Source of the DNA: an uncultured Acidobacteriota bacterium
Lineage (GTDB): Bacteria > Acidobacteriota > Vicinamibacteria > Vicinamibacterales > UBA2999
Length of the DNA: 64,000 nucleotides
Assembly (NCBI GenBank): GCA_963841895.1
Contig: CAWJEO010000014.1
Location: 38,303 to 102,302, forward strand
Direction: 5' to 3'
Of the stretch, positions 1-8,866 are shown in pieces. The stretch's first letter is position 1; each line of letters opens with the position of its first letter. Position numbers and translations under genes: made by a program. The notes under the pieces are model-generated. The model ran no database searches, was not told the DNA's origin, and worked only from the letters and a program-made list of their open reading frames with translations.

Positions 1-103
1 CGCCCCACCACTCAATGCGGCCTTGGGGGTCATGTCCTTGACGTGAACCGCCGGCTTTCGCGGTTTTGCCGGTCTCAACTGTTTCGTCGCCATGGCTCTG
101 CTC
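1..103 (-). CDS. hypothetical protein, partial (runs off window start); N-terminus MATKQLRPAKPRKPAVHVKDM
   Basis: ATG at 101-103 on minus strand, open to window edge; basic N-terminus; no family recognised. Confidence 0.3.
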
Positions 104-332
104 CTCGCTGACTCTGCGGGCGTCGTTGCGGTCGTCATGATGTCGCTCGTCGTGGTGGCGGTTGTTCAGACGCCACGTCGTCACCAATTCCAAGAGCGAT
201 GCCAGCCGGCAGATCCGTCGCAAACCGTTGATATGTAAGGGGGAAACGTGGCGAGTGTGGAACCGGGGCTTCGTTTACGCGGAGCCAGCGGCCTCGAAAT
301 ACCGCCGGTGGACTTGTTTTCAGCTATCGCTC

Positions 333-396
333 GAACGAACGAAGAACTAAGAACGTCAGTTCCGTTCTTAGTTCTTCATTCTTCGTTCTTAGTTCT
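333..396. repeat. palindromic tandem-word element (GAACGAAGAACTAAGAACG / CGTTCTTAGTTCTTCG), terminator-like hairpin at 3' end of peptidase gene
   Basis: inverted repeat read directly; same word family recurs at 58256-58298. Confidence 0.6.
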
Positions 397-2002
397 GCTG
401 CTGCGGCTGCTGTGTCCCGGTCCGCACCGTCGGGTACTTGATGCCGAGCTGATCCAGGTAGGTCTTGAACTTCGTGGGATCGTAGTAGTACTTCCGCATC
501 TGCTCGCGATACTTCGCGAGGATCTCGGTGTTCAGGTGCGTGGCCGGCGGCGTGTCCTTCTTGATGAAGGGGATGTACTTCACGTCCTTGGTCTGGACAT
601 TGGTGAAGTAGTCCCACGCCCCCTTCACGACCTCCGGCTTGGACAGGAGGTCGAGGATCGTCATCGCCTGCACCTTTGCCCCGGCGACGACGCCCTTGTG
701 CGCGATCGGCGTGGCGCTGGCAATGGCGCTCGACCAGTTGTGACCGGGCAGCCCGGGAATGTTCGACGGGAAGCGCAGCGTCACCGTCGGCACGTTCCAA
801 GAGACGTCGCCGATGTCGTCGGAGCCGCCGCCGGTGTTGTTCTCGGGGTTGACCGGCTGTCCGAGCTCGCCGAGCTTGACGGCCAGGCCCTCCTGCCGCG
901 GGTTCCCGAGCTCCTTCTGCAGCGCCTTGGCCAGCGTCTGATCCTCTTCGCTCCAGGTCGGTAGGCCCACCGACTTGATGTTTTCGTACATCGTCTCCGC
1001 AATCACTTTGTTCATGTGCTGCGGGTAGGCGGTGCCGACGATGCGCGACGACCACTTCGTGTTCGTCATCAGCGCCGCGCCCTCTGCCATCTTGTCGCCG
1101 ATCTCCCACAGCTCCTTGATGTGCGGCTGATCGATCTCGCGGAAGTAGAACCAGATGCTGGCATTGCGCGGGACCACGTTCGGCTGGTCGCCGCCGTTGG
1201 TGATGACCGAGTGCGACCGATGCGAGAGGCGCAGATGCTCGCGGCGATAGTTCCACCCGACATTCATCAGCTCGACCGCGTCGAGCGCCGAACGTCCACG
1301 CCACGGCGCGCCGGCACTGTGCGCCGTTTCACCCTCGAAGGTGTACTGCACCGAGACCAGCCCGGTGCCGCCGCCGGCGCCCCATGACACGCCGAGATTG
1401 TTGCCCACGTGCGTGAACAGCACGGCGTCGACGTCCTTGAACACGCCGTCGCGAACGTACCACGCCTTGGTGGCGACGAGCTCCTCGGCGACGCCGGGCC
1501 ACAGCATGATCGTGCCCGGCAGCTTGTCGCGCTCCATGATCCTCTTCACCGCGACGGCGGCGAGGATGTTGAGGGGCATGCCGTTGTTGTGCCCTTCGCC
1601 ATGCCCCGGCGCGCCCTCGACGATCGGGTCGTGATACGCGACGCCGGGCTTCTGCGAGGCCTGCGGGATACCGTCGATGTCCGACCCCAGCGCAATCACC
1701 GGCTTGCCCGATCCCCACGTCGCGACCCACGCGGTTGGAATCCCCGCAACCCCTCGCTGCACCTTGAACCCGAACTTCTCCAGCTGCCCGGTCAGGTAGC
1801 GAGAGGTTTCGACCTCCTGAAATCCCAGCTCACCGAAGCTGAACACGGAGTCGACCATCTCCTGCGCCAGCTTCGCCATCTCGTCAACGCCCTTGACGGC
1901 GTCGGCCTTCTGCGCCGCGAGCTTCGCATCGGGTTGCGCCCAGGCCGCCTCCACCGATACCAGCATCGTCAGCGCCGTCATCACGGCAATGCTCCGAACC
2001 AT
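389..2002 (-). CDS. M20-family metallopeptidase/amidohydrolase (AbgB/hippurate hydrolase-like), secreted
   Basis: 551-aa ORF, M20 peptidase-like sequence (family recognised by overall similarity); signal peptide MVRSIAVMTALTMLVSVEAAWA suggests start at 2002 rather than 2044. Confidence 0.8.
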   Translation of the reverse strand: MVRSIAVMTALTMLVSVEAAWAQPDAKLAAQKADAVKGVDEMAKLAQEMVDSVFSFGELGFQEVETSRYLTGQLEKFGFKVQRGVAGIPTAWVATWGSGKPVIALGSDIDGIPQASQKPGVAYHDPIVEGAPGHGEGHNNGMPLNILAAVAVKRIMERDKLPGTIMLWPGVAEELVATKAWYVRDGVFKDVDAVLFTHVGNNLGVSWGAGGGTGLVSVQYTFEGETAHSAGAPWRGRSALDAVELMNVGWNYRREHLRLSHRSHSVITNGGDQPNVVPRNASIWFYFREIDQPHIKELWEIGDKMAEGAALMTNTKWSSRIVGTAYPQHMNKVIAETMYENIKSVGLPTWSEEDQTLAKALQKELGNPRQEGLAVKLGELGQPVNPENNTGGGSDDIGDVSWNVPTVTLRFPSNIPGLPGHNWSSAIASATPIAHKGVVAGAKVQAMTILDLLSKPEVVKGAWDYFTNVQTKDVKYIPFIKKDTPPATHLNTEILAKYREQMRKYYYDPTKFKTYLDQLGIKYPTVRTGTQQPQQQN

Positions 2003-2082
2003 CAGTGCGTCCTCCCGAAGTGATAAATTGTAAGAGTTCGTCAACGGCGATTCGTCGTCTTTCTTTGTATCCGATTCCGCTG

Positions 2083-3057
2083 ATGTTTGTGCCCAAGCCG
2101 TCCTGGGCCGGCGGCCACCGCATGACGTTGTACGCGTGGGCCCGTGCCCGGACGTTCCCCGAGCTCTCCGTCCCCGAAACCCGCTATTTCGACGTCGCGC
2201 CAGAGGCGCGGGTGCTCGCGCACTGTCACTGGCAGCCCGACCGGCGCGAGCACCTGACGATCGTGCTCCTGCACGGCCTCGAAGGCTCGAGCGACGCGCA
2301 CTACATGCGCGGACTGGCCGACAAGGCCTGGCGCCGCGGCTGCAACGTCATCCGGCTCAACCAGCGCAATTGCGGCGGCACCGAACACCTGTCGCGCGGC
2401 CTTTATCACTCCGGGCTGACGGCCGACCCGCGCTTTGTCCTGCACGAGCTGCACGAACGCGACGGCCTGCCTGCTTTCGCCATGGTGGGCTACTCGCTCG
2501 GCGGCAACCTGACGTTGAAGCTCGCCGGCGAGCTTGGCGCCGACGGGTTTCCCGCGCTCAAGGCCGTGGCGGGGGTTTCGCCGGTGATCGAGCTCGAGGC
2601 GTGCATGCGCGCCATCGAGCGCCGGCAGAATCGCATCTACGAGTGGAACTTCTGCCGCAATCTCCAGGGACGCATGCGGCGAAAGGCCCGGACGCTCCCC
2701 GAGCTCTTCGACATCTCAGGGCTGTGGAAGGTCTGGTCGATCCGGCAGTTCGACGATCGCTACACCGCGCCGCACCATGGCTTCGACGGGGCCTCCGACT
2801 ATTACCATCGCGCCAGCGCGATGCGGGTCATCGATCGCGTCGCTCGCCCCGCGCTCATCATCAGCGCTGCCGACGATCCGTTCGTGCCGTCTGAGATCTT
2901 CAGCGCGCCGGCAGTCGCCCAGAACCCGCACATCGTGACCAAGGTGACGTCGCACGGCGGACACTGCGGATTCGTCGCCGACGCAAACGGCTACGACGGT
3001 TACTGGGCGGAACACACCGCCATCGAGTTCCTGGTGAAACACGCCGCGCACATTTGA
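2083..3057 (+). CDS. alpha/beta-hydrolase (YheT/abhydrolase-type)
   Basis: HG..G..Y..L......VGYSLGGN nucleophile elbow; internal Met start chosen inside a longer GC-extended ORF. Confidence 0.7.
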   Translation: MFVPKPSWAGGHRMTLYAWARARTFPELSVPETRYFDVAPEARVLAHCHWQPDRREHLTIVLLHGLEGSSDAHYMRGLADKAWRRGCNVIRLNQRNCGGTEHLSRGLYHSGLTADPRFVLHELHERDGLPAFAMVGYSLGGNLTLKLAGELGADGFPALKAVAGVSPVIELEACMRAIERRQNRIYEWNFCRNLQGRMRRKARTLPELFDISGLWKVWSIRQFDDRYTAPHHGFDGASDYYHRASAMRVIDRVARPALIISAADDPFVPSEIFSAPAVAQNPHIVTKVTSHGGHCGFVADANGYDGYWAEHTAIEFLVKHAAHI

Positions 3058-3083
3058 TCAGCCGGGTTTACCCAATGAATCCA

Positions 3084-3118
3084 CGGCCGGTCTAACCAGC
3101 CCCAAGGAAGACCGGCCG
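3084..3118. terminator. GC-rich hairpin between convergent genes (CGGCCGGTC-loop-GACCGGCCG)
   Basis: 9-bp perfect stem read from sequence between hydrolase stop (3057) and MBL-gene stop (3132). Confidence 0.5.
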
Positions 3119-3131
3119 CTACAGGTACAGT

Positions 3132-4739
3132 TCAGCGGGCAGCCGGGCCCATTGCCTTGAGGAATTCATTCCAGGAGACGGGCTGGCCATGCACAGGTGC
3201 GATGGTCGCCACCTCCAGCTTCATCCGCTGCACCTGATTGAAGAAGCTGCGCATCGCTGGCGTCGGCGATGCGGGCGGCGGTTCGTGGGTGTCGAAGAGA
3301 TCGGCCTGGAACGCGATGCGCTCCGCTGGCAGATAGGCCATCAGCATCCCGGCAACGTGCGCGAGCGGCTGCACGTAGTACACGCGCAGGATGCGGCTGT
3401 TGTCGGTGATGACGAAGTTCTCGTTGATCGCCTCGAAGTTGTAGCCCTCCGAGAGCTCGGTCGGCGGCCACATGGCCACGATGTCGGGGGCGACGGTCCG
3501 CGGACGGTAGTTCAGCACGTCGCGATTCAGGAACTCGATCGCTTTCCGGTGCGCCACGATGGTCGACCCGATGTGGAGATAAGTCCGCAGGCCGCCGATG
3601 TGATCGAAGTGCGGGTGCGAGCTGACCAGCCACCGAATCGGCTTGTTGGGCACGAGCTTGACGACTTCCTCGATGACCGCCAGGCTGCGGGCTTCATTCA
3701 ACGGCGCCTCGAACACGGCGACGAAATCGCGGAACTCGATCAGGTAGCTGTTGTGGGTGGCGCCGCCGAGCCGGTAGACGCCGGCGGCCAGCTTGTCGAG
3801 CGGTCACGGCGGTCGGCCACGTCGCGCGCCGCACGTCGTCTGGCACCGGCACGGGATCGTCACAGACGTTGGGCTGCACCTTGGGGAATTTCCCCCCATA
3901 GGCGTTGTGGCCGGTGCTGGCATTGTCGAACTGCCAGTTGTCGTCCCACCCCTGATGCGAATGCCAGACGATCGGCCACTTGACGTTGCCAAACGTCATC
4001 TGCTCGGTCGATTCGTGCTCGATGTTGAAGTCACCCAACGCCGGCTCGCTGACCGTCGTCTTGATGCGCTGGATCTGATTCTGCGCGTTGATCGTCGCCT
4101 CGACGCGGTACTTCCCGAGCATGGTGATCGAGACCACGTGCATCTTCTCGGGCTTGACGACGTTGCCGTCGCGGCCCATTTCGATCTGTTCCCAGCGCCA
4201 GATCGCCTTGGGGTTGGCGCCTGGAAGACGGGCCGCCTTGAGAAAGCCCGGAGGGTTGAGCCAGAGATCCAGCTGATACCGCTCGGCGTCTTCAGTCGGC
4301 ACCGCGACCGGCGGACCGTCGCCGTCGATGTGCCAGGCGTACGGGCCATTGACGATGTGCGTCTGGCGCGGGTGCTTCTGCAGCGGGGTGCCGCCGCGCC
4401 ATCCCAGTCCGTACTTCCACGACGCGGGGGTCAATCCAGGCTTGCGATCGAAGGTCTCTTTACTGGTGCCCGTTTCCCAGTTGATGGTCCGCGTGTAGTT
4501 GGCCATCGCATCCGGGCGCGGCCAGTCGATGTTGACCGCGTACTCGGCGGTCTGGCCAACGGCGCCGTTGTAGCCGGCGCCGGAGAACGTGATGCAGCGC
4601 AGCCCGGCTTCGCCAATCTCACGCGACGCGGCGGCGAGAAGCGGCTGCGGATCGACGTAGCCTGGCGGGAACGACTGTGCACCAGGCTCGCCGCCAGCGA
4701 TTGCCAACGCCGCGAAACACCGCCACAGCTTCTTCATAG
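3132..4739 (-). CDS. secreted protein with N-terminal domain of unknown function fused to C-terminal MBL-fold metallo-hydrolase; frame break near 3800-3830
   Basis: signal peptide MKKLWRCFAALAIAGG at 4739; MBL motif LDKLAAGVYRLGGATHNSYLIEF...SSHPHFDHIGG continues upstream of the 3132-3716 ORF in its frame until a stop at 3804. Confidence 0.6.
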
Positions 4740-5577
4740 GCACCTGTCGCGGCCGGCCTCTTGAGGGCCGGCCGGCTGCCTGATGCGTGCAGTTTTTCCA
4801 ATAGCAACCGCCCGAAGTACGGTCCTTTGCCTTCGTCCTCGTGTTTGAAATACACGAAAACATCCTTGCACCGCGAGTGCCGAGATCCGCGACGGTGTCT
4901 GCCCAGCGCGCGATGTCGTCCTCGGTATAGCCCTCGTCGCGCAGTCTCAGGTAGGCGTAGTCGGCGGTCGACAGAATCGGGGTCGATCGTTTTTCGCTGT
5001 CGGCAATGCACAACGCCAGATTGCGATCGCGGAGCCGGGCGTAGACCTCTTCGTCGAGCCACGACTCATGACGAAACTCGAAGGCGCCGCAGACGCGCGG
5101 CGGCAGGTCGGCCAGAAACCCGTCGAGCGCGGCGAGGTCTTTCTTGAACGTCGGGGCGAGTTGGAAGAGCAGCGCCGCAAGCTTCGGCCCGAGCTCGGCC
5201 GCCGCCTCGCAGAACGCCGCCACAGGTTGCGCGACGTCACGAAGTTTGCGGTCGTGCGTGATGCGTCGGGGGGCCTTGAGCGTGAAGCGAAAGCCGTCGG
5301 GGACTTGCGCAGCCCAGCCGGCGACGAGCTTTGCCGTGGGCATGCGATAGAAGGTGTAGTTGATCTCGACCGTGGAGAAGCGTTCAGCGTAGAAGGGCAA
5401 CATCTTCGCCGCCGGTAAATCTGACGGATAGAAGTTACCCTTCCATTCCGGATAGTTGTAGCCGGACGTCCCGACGTGGATCACGAAAGGCGCGTCAGTT
5501 GCAGTTTCCAGTGAACAGTTCAAAGCAGCCCTCAGTGCCAATTCCAGCAACCGGCCAGTTTGAATGGCACTGGGCAC
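4619..5577 (-). CDS. DUF72 (YecE-like) family protein, frame-disrupted
   Basis: VIHVGTSGYNYPEWKGNFYPSDLP...RFSTVEINYTFY N-terminal signature; C-terminal KDVFVYFKHEDEGKGP found in a second frame (4619-5062). Confidence 0.6.
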
Positions 5578-5598
5578 TGGAAACTGACGAGCCGAGTG

Positions 5599-5928
5599 TT
5601 ACCAGCGCGGTTCGCGACGGCCGCCACCGCCGCCGTACCCACCTCGGCCGCCACCCCCGCCGCCGAAGTCGCCGCCCGACGGCTTCGGTCGCGCTTCGTT
5701 CACGACCAACGCCCGCCCATCCATCTGATACTGGTGGAACTCGCTGATGGCTTTCTGCGCATCGTCGTCCGACACCATCTCGACGAACGCAAAACCCCTC
5801 GCACGGCCAGTTGCCTGGTCGCGCATCACCCGAACGTTGTCGACTGCCCCAGCCCGACTGAAGAGCGACGTCAATTCTTCATCCGTGACTTTATACGGAA
5901 GGTTGCCCACGTACAATCTGCGGCCCAT
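5599..5928 (-). CDS. RRM-type RNA-binding protein with Gly-rich tail
   Basis: RNP2 LYVGNL and RNP1 RGFAFVEM motifs; GGGGRGGYGGGGGR tail; start at MGRRLYVGNL. Confidence 0.8.
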   Translation of the reverse strand: MGRRLYVGNLPYKVTDEELTSLFSRAGAVDNVRVMRDQATGRARGFAFVEMVSDDDAQKAISEFHQYQMDGRALVVNEARPKPSGGDFGGGGGGRGGYGGGGGRREPRW

Positions 5929-6129
5929 CGCTGCGCGACCCTTTTCGCGCGCTGGTCTCTGCCTTACGGAGCCACGACGGCGCGCGAGCGACGTGACACC
6001 GGGATTGCGCTCGCAACTGTCGGCCTTCGGGGACACATATGGGCACCGAAACGCGCTACAAGGCGGGCGTGTGACCCGGGAGTATATAGCAGAAATGTTG
6101 CCAAAACGGTCAGGACGGTCGAGGCGTCA

Positions 6130-7038
6130 ATGGCCGAGCTGAGCTGCGTGCTACATTCGCCGTATGCTCGCGGGCCGACAGTTCAGCCGGCAGTCAGACT
6201 CGTCGTGGCGGCCCTTTGCACAGCTTTTTCCAGCTGCGCCGGCCAGGCGCCGCGCCAGTACGAATTGCGTGGCCAGATCCTCGCGCTTCGCCCGGAAGCC
6301 AACGAAGTCCTCATCAAGCACGGCGACATCCAGAACTTCATGCCGGGCATGACGATGCCGTTCAAGGTCCGGGACGCCAGGCTGCTCGACGGCAAAGCCG
6401 GCGGCGACCTCGTCACCGCGCAGTTGATGGTCGGTGAGAACGAGGCCTGGCTCTCGGCGATCGAGAAGACCGGCTCGGCGCCGCTCGAGACGGTCGCCAC
6501 GATTCCCCCGGCGTCCTTCGTGACGCCGCTCGCACCCGGCGATCCCGCCCCCGACACCGAGCTCGCCAACCAGGACGGCAAGCCGGTCTCGCTCAAGGCG
6601 CTGAGGCCGCGGGCCGTCGCGATCACCTTTATCTATGTCCGCTGCCCGATGCCCGAGTTCTGCCCGCTGATGGATCGGCGCTTCGCCGACGTCCAGCGCC
6701 AGGTCGCGGCCGATGCGTCGCTCGGCGAGAGGGTCCACCTGCTGTCGGTCAGCTTCGATCCCGATCAGGACACGCCGGCCGCGCTGAAAGCGCACGCCGG
6801 CAAGCTCGTCGCCGACCCTGCGCGGTGGACGTTTGCGACGGCACCGCGCGAGACCATCGACCGCTTCGCGGCGGCGTTTGGGGTCAACGTCATCCGCGAG
6901 GCCGACCGTACCATCACCCACAACCTGCGCACGGCCGTCATCGGCCCGGACGGCAAGGTCGTCGCGATCTACAACGGCAGCGACTGGACCGCGGATCAGA
7001 TGGTCGGCGACCTGAAGCGCGCGCTCCAGGCCTCATGA
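6130..7038 (+). CDS. SCO1/SenC-family thioredoxin-fold copper chaperone with N-terminal Met-rich (MPGMTMPF) copper-binding domain; lipoprotein-like signal
   Basis: VRCPMPEFCP Cys motif in thioredoxin fold, ...SVSFDPDQDTP..., Met-rich N-domain; signal LVVAALCTAFSSC. Confidence 0.7.
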   Translation: MAELSCVLHSPYARGPTVQPAVRLVVAALCTAFSSCAGQAPRQYELRGQILALRPEANEVLIKHGDIQNFMPGMTMPFKVRDARLLDGKAGGDLVTAQLMVGENEAWLSAIEKTGSAPLETVATIPPASFVTPLAPGDPAPDTELANQDGKPVSLKALRPRAVAITFIYVRCPMPEFCPLMDRRFADVQRQVAADASLGERVHLLSVSFDPDQDTPAALKAHAGKLVADPARWTFATAPRETIDRFAAAFGVNVIREADRTITHNLRTAVIGPDGKVVAIYNGSDWTADQMVGDLKRALQAS

Positions 7039-7697
7039 TTCCGGCGCGCGAGGCCTTCACCCCGCGCGAGTGGGCCCTCATCCAGGCGCTCGACACGCCG
7101 CACAAGGTGCAGCGGTGGTTGAATGCGCTGCCCTACAACACCGAACGGACGCGCGAAACCCTCCGCGGATTCCGCGGCGTGATGCGCGCCGGCAAGGCGC
7201 ATTGCCTCGAAGCGGCGCTGACGGCGGCGGTCATTCTCGAGCAGCACGGTTATCCGCCGCTCGTCATGAGCATCGAATCCAAGGACTGGCTCGATCACGT
7301 CGTCTTTCTCTTCAAGGAGAACGGGCGATGGGGATCGATCGCGCGGTCGCGCGATCCGGGCTTGCACGGCCGCAAGCCGCGGTTCATGTCGCCGCGGGCG
7401 GTCGCAATCAGTTACGTCGAAGGCTACGTGGACTATACCGGCCGGGTCCGCGGCTACGGTGTCGCCAACCTCGACGAGGCGCTGCCGGACTACGACTGGC
7501 GCTTCTCGCTGAAGAACGTGTGGAAGGTCGAGCGGCTGCTGATTGACTGGCCGCACCGCAAGATCAAGACGTCAAACGCCCGCTTCCACGCCCTGCACGC
7601 GCGATACGTCGCATACCGCGAGCGCCACGGCCGGAAGCCGTGGCGTTACTACACCGGCCGGGACAAATGGGCGCCGTTGCCTGCGGAGTTCCTCTAG
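7035..7697 (+). CDS. conserved hypothetical protein, translationally coupled (ATGA overlap) to SCO gene
   Basis: ATG at 7035 overlaps SCO stop TGA 7036-7038; 220-aa ORF with coding-like composition; no family assigned. Confidence 0.55.
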   Translation: MIPAREAFTPREWALIQALDTPHKVQRWLNALPYNTERTRETLRGFRGVMRAGKAHCLEAALTAAVILEQHGYPPLVMSIESKDWLDHVVFLFKENGRWGSIARSRDPGLHGRKPRFMSPRAVAISYVEGYVDYTGRVRGYGVANLDEALPDYDWRFSLKNVWKVERLLIDWPHRKIKTSNARFHALHARYVAYRERHGRKPWRYYTGRDKWAPLPAEFL

Positions 7698-7710
7698 GCT
7701 CGCTTCGCTC

Positions 7711-7840
7711 GCTAGCGGAAGGTGCCTACGGTGCCAGGGTGCCTACAGTGCCAGGGTGCTGGTGCGTAGTGCTAGCATGTGCCAAGGTCCACCGGTCGCC
7801 TATCAGGTCACCAGCAGCTCTAGGCACCGTAGGCATCCGT
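7711..7840. repeat. tandem-word array with inverted partner (GGTGCCTACGGTGCCAGGGTGCC ... CTAGGCACCGTAGGCATCCGTAGC) between convergent genes
   Basis: read directly; lies between 7697 stop (+) and 7847 stop (-). Confidence 0.6.
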
Positions 7841-7846
7841 AGCCTG

Positions 7847-8770
7847 CTATTTGAGCTCCGCAAGAATCACTTCGATATTCGTCTTGAGCCGCGCCGCTTG
7901 CGGCGCCGCGTAGCCGGTGTACTTCGCCGGCATCGACCAGCCCGCGGCGATCTCGTCCGCTGACTTGCCCGCTTTCTTCCCGGCCTGCACGGCCGCGAGG
8001 AATTCGCGGTTGAACTCAGCGTACTCCGCGAGATCTTTCAGCGTCATCACCGTGCTGTGGCCGGTGATGATCGACTCGACGTTCTTGGCTGCGGCCGCCG
8101 CTTTCGCGAGGGTGTCGCCGATCGCGACGCCGCTGCCGCCGTTGTTGGCGTCGAGCAGCGGGAGATTCTTGCCGGAGAAAATGTCGCCCGCGTGCATCAC
8201 GCGCAACGCCGGGAACACGACCCACGCATCGCCGTTGGTGTGGCCACGGCCGAAGTAGTGGAGATCGATCTGGTCCGCGCCGCTCCCGATCGTCATCCGA
8301 TCGGTGAACGACCGCTTCGCCAGGCCCTTGCCCTTGCTCTCCTTGAACATGCCCAGGAACGTCTGCTGCTCCGCCGGGACGCCGGTCACGGCCTGCATCG
8401 CTTCCATGTTCGCCTTGGTGTTCTCGTGCACGACGATGTCGACGGTGGCCGGAAAATCAGGGTTGGTGCCGACGTGATCGAAATGCGTGTGGGTGTTGAT
8501 GATGGTCGTGATCGGCTTCGGCGTCAGTTCCTTGATCTTGGCCAGCAAGGTCGGGCCCCAGCCCGGGATCTTGGTGTCCACGACCACCACTCCGGCCGAT
8601 CCGACGAAGACGGCGGTATTGCCACCGCTGCCGGTGCCCCGCAGGACGAACAGGTTGTCCCGCAGTTTCTCGACTTCGAGCACACGGGCCGCGGGCTGCG
8701 GCGCCTGGGCGGCCACCATCGAGAGGGCGCCAACGACGACCAGACCAACGAGCACGACAACTCTTCGCAC
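7847..8770 (-). CDS. secreted MBL-fold metallo-hydrolase (paralog A)
   Basis: THTHFDHVG motif, signal peptide VLVGLVVVGALSMVAAQA; 307-aa intact ORF. Confidence 0.8.
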   Translation of the reverse strand: MRRVVVLVGLVVVGALSMVAAQAPQPAARVLEVEKLRDNLFVLRGTGSGGNTAVFVGSAGVVVVDTKIPGWGPTLLAKIKELTPKPITTIINTHTHFDHVGTNPDFPATVDIVVHENTKANMEAMQAVTGVPAEQQTFLGMFKESKGKGLAKRSFTDRMTIGSGADQIDLHYFGRGHTNGDAWVVFPALRVMHAGDIFSGKNLPLLDANNGGSGVAIGDTLAKAAAAAKNVESIITGHSTVMTLKDLAEYAEFNREFLAAVQAGKKAGKSADEIAAGWSMPAKYTGYAAPQAARLKTNIEVILAELK

Positions 8771-8794
8771 AGGGCAAGCTCCTTTCGAGGAAAA

Positions 8795-8866
8795 GGGATC
8801 AGGGATCGGGGATCGGGGATCAGGGCTGAGAACTCAGGAACTTAGGAACCTCGGAACTCAGGAACC
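8795..8866. repeat. two-part tandem-word element: (GGGATCR)x5 followed by (GGAACTYAGGAAC)-type words
   Basis: GGGATCAGGGATCGGGGATCGGGGATCAGGGCTGAGAACTCAGGAACTTAGGAACCTCGGAACTCAGGAACC; between MBL paralog A start and POP 3' end, and overlaps the last codons of POP (..FLSSEVPKFLSSQP). Confidence 0.7.

Noticed and set aside
324-1304. Long overlapping ORFs (248-964 +, 324-1304 -) around the M20 peptidase gene
   Set aside because: Alternative frames of a well-supported gene; low-complexity R/A/G/P-rich translations.
5560-6129. N-terminal 190-aa extension of the SCO ORF
   Set aside because: Overlaps the well-supported RRM gene on the opposite strand; the lipoprotein-like signal begins near 6130.
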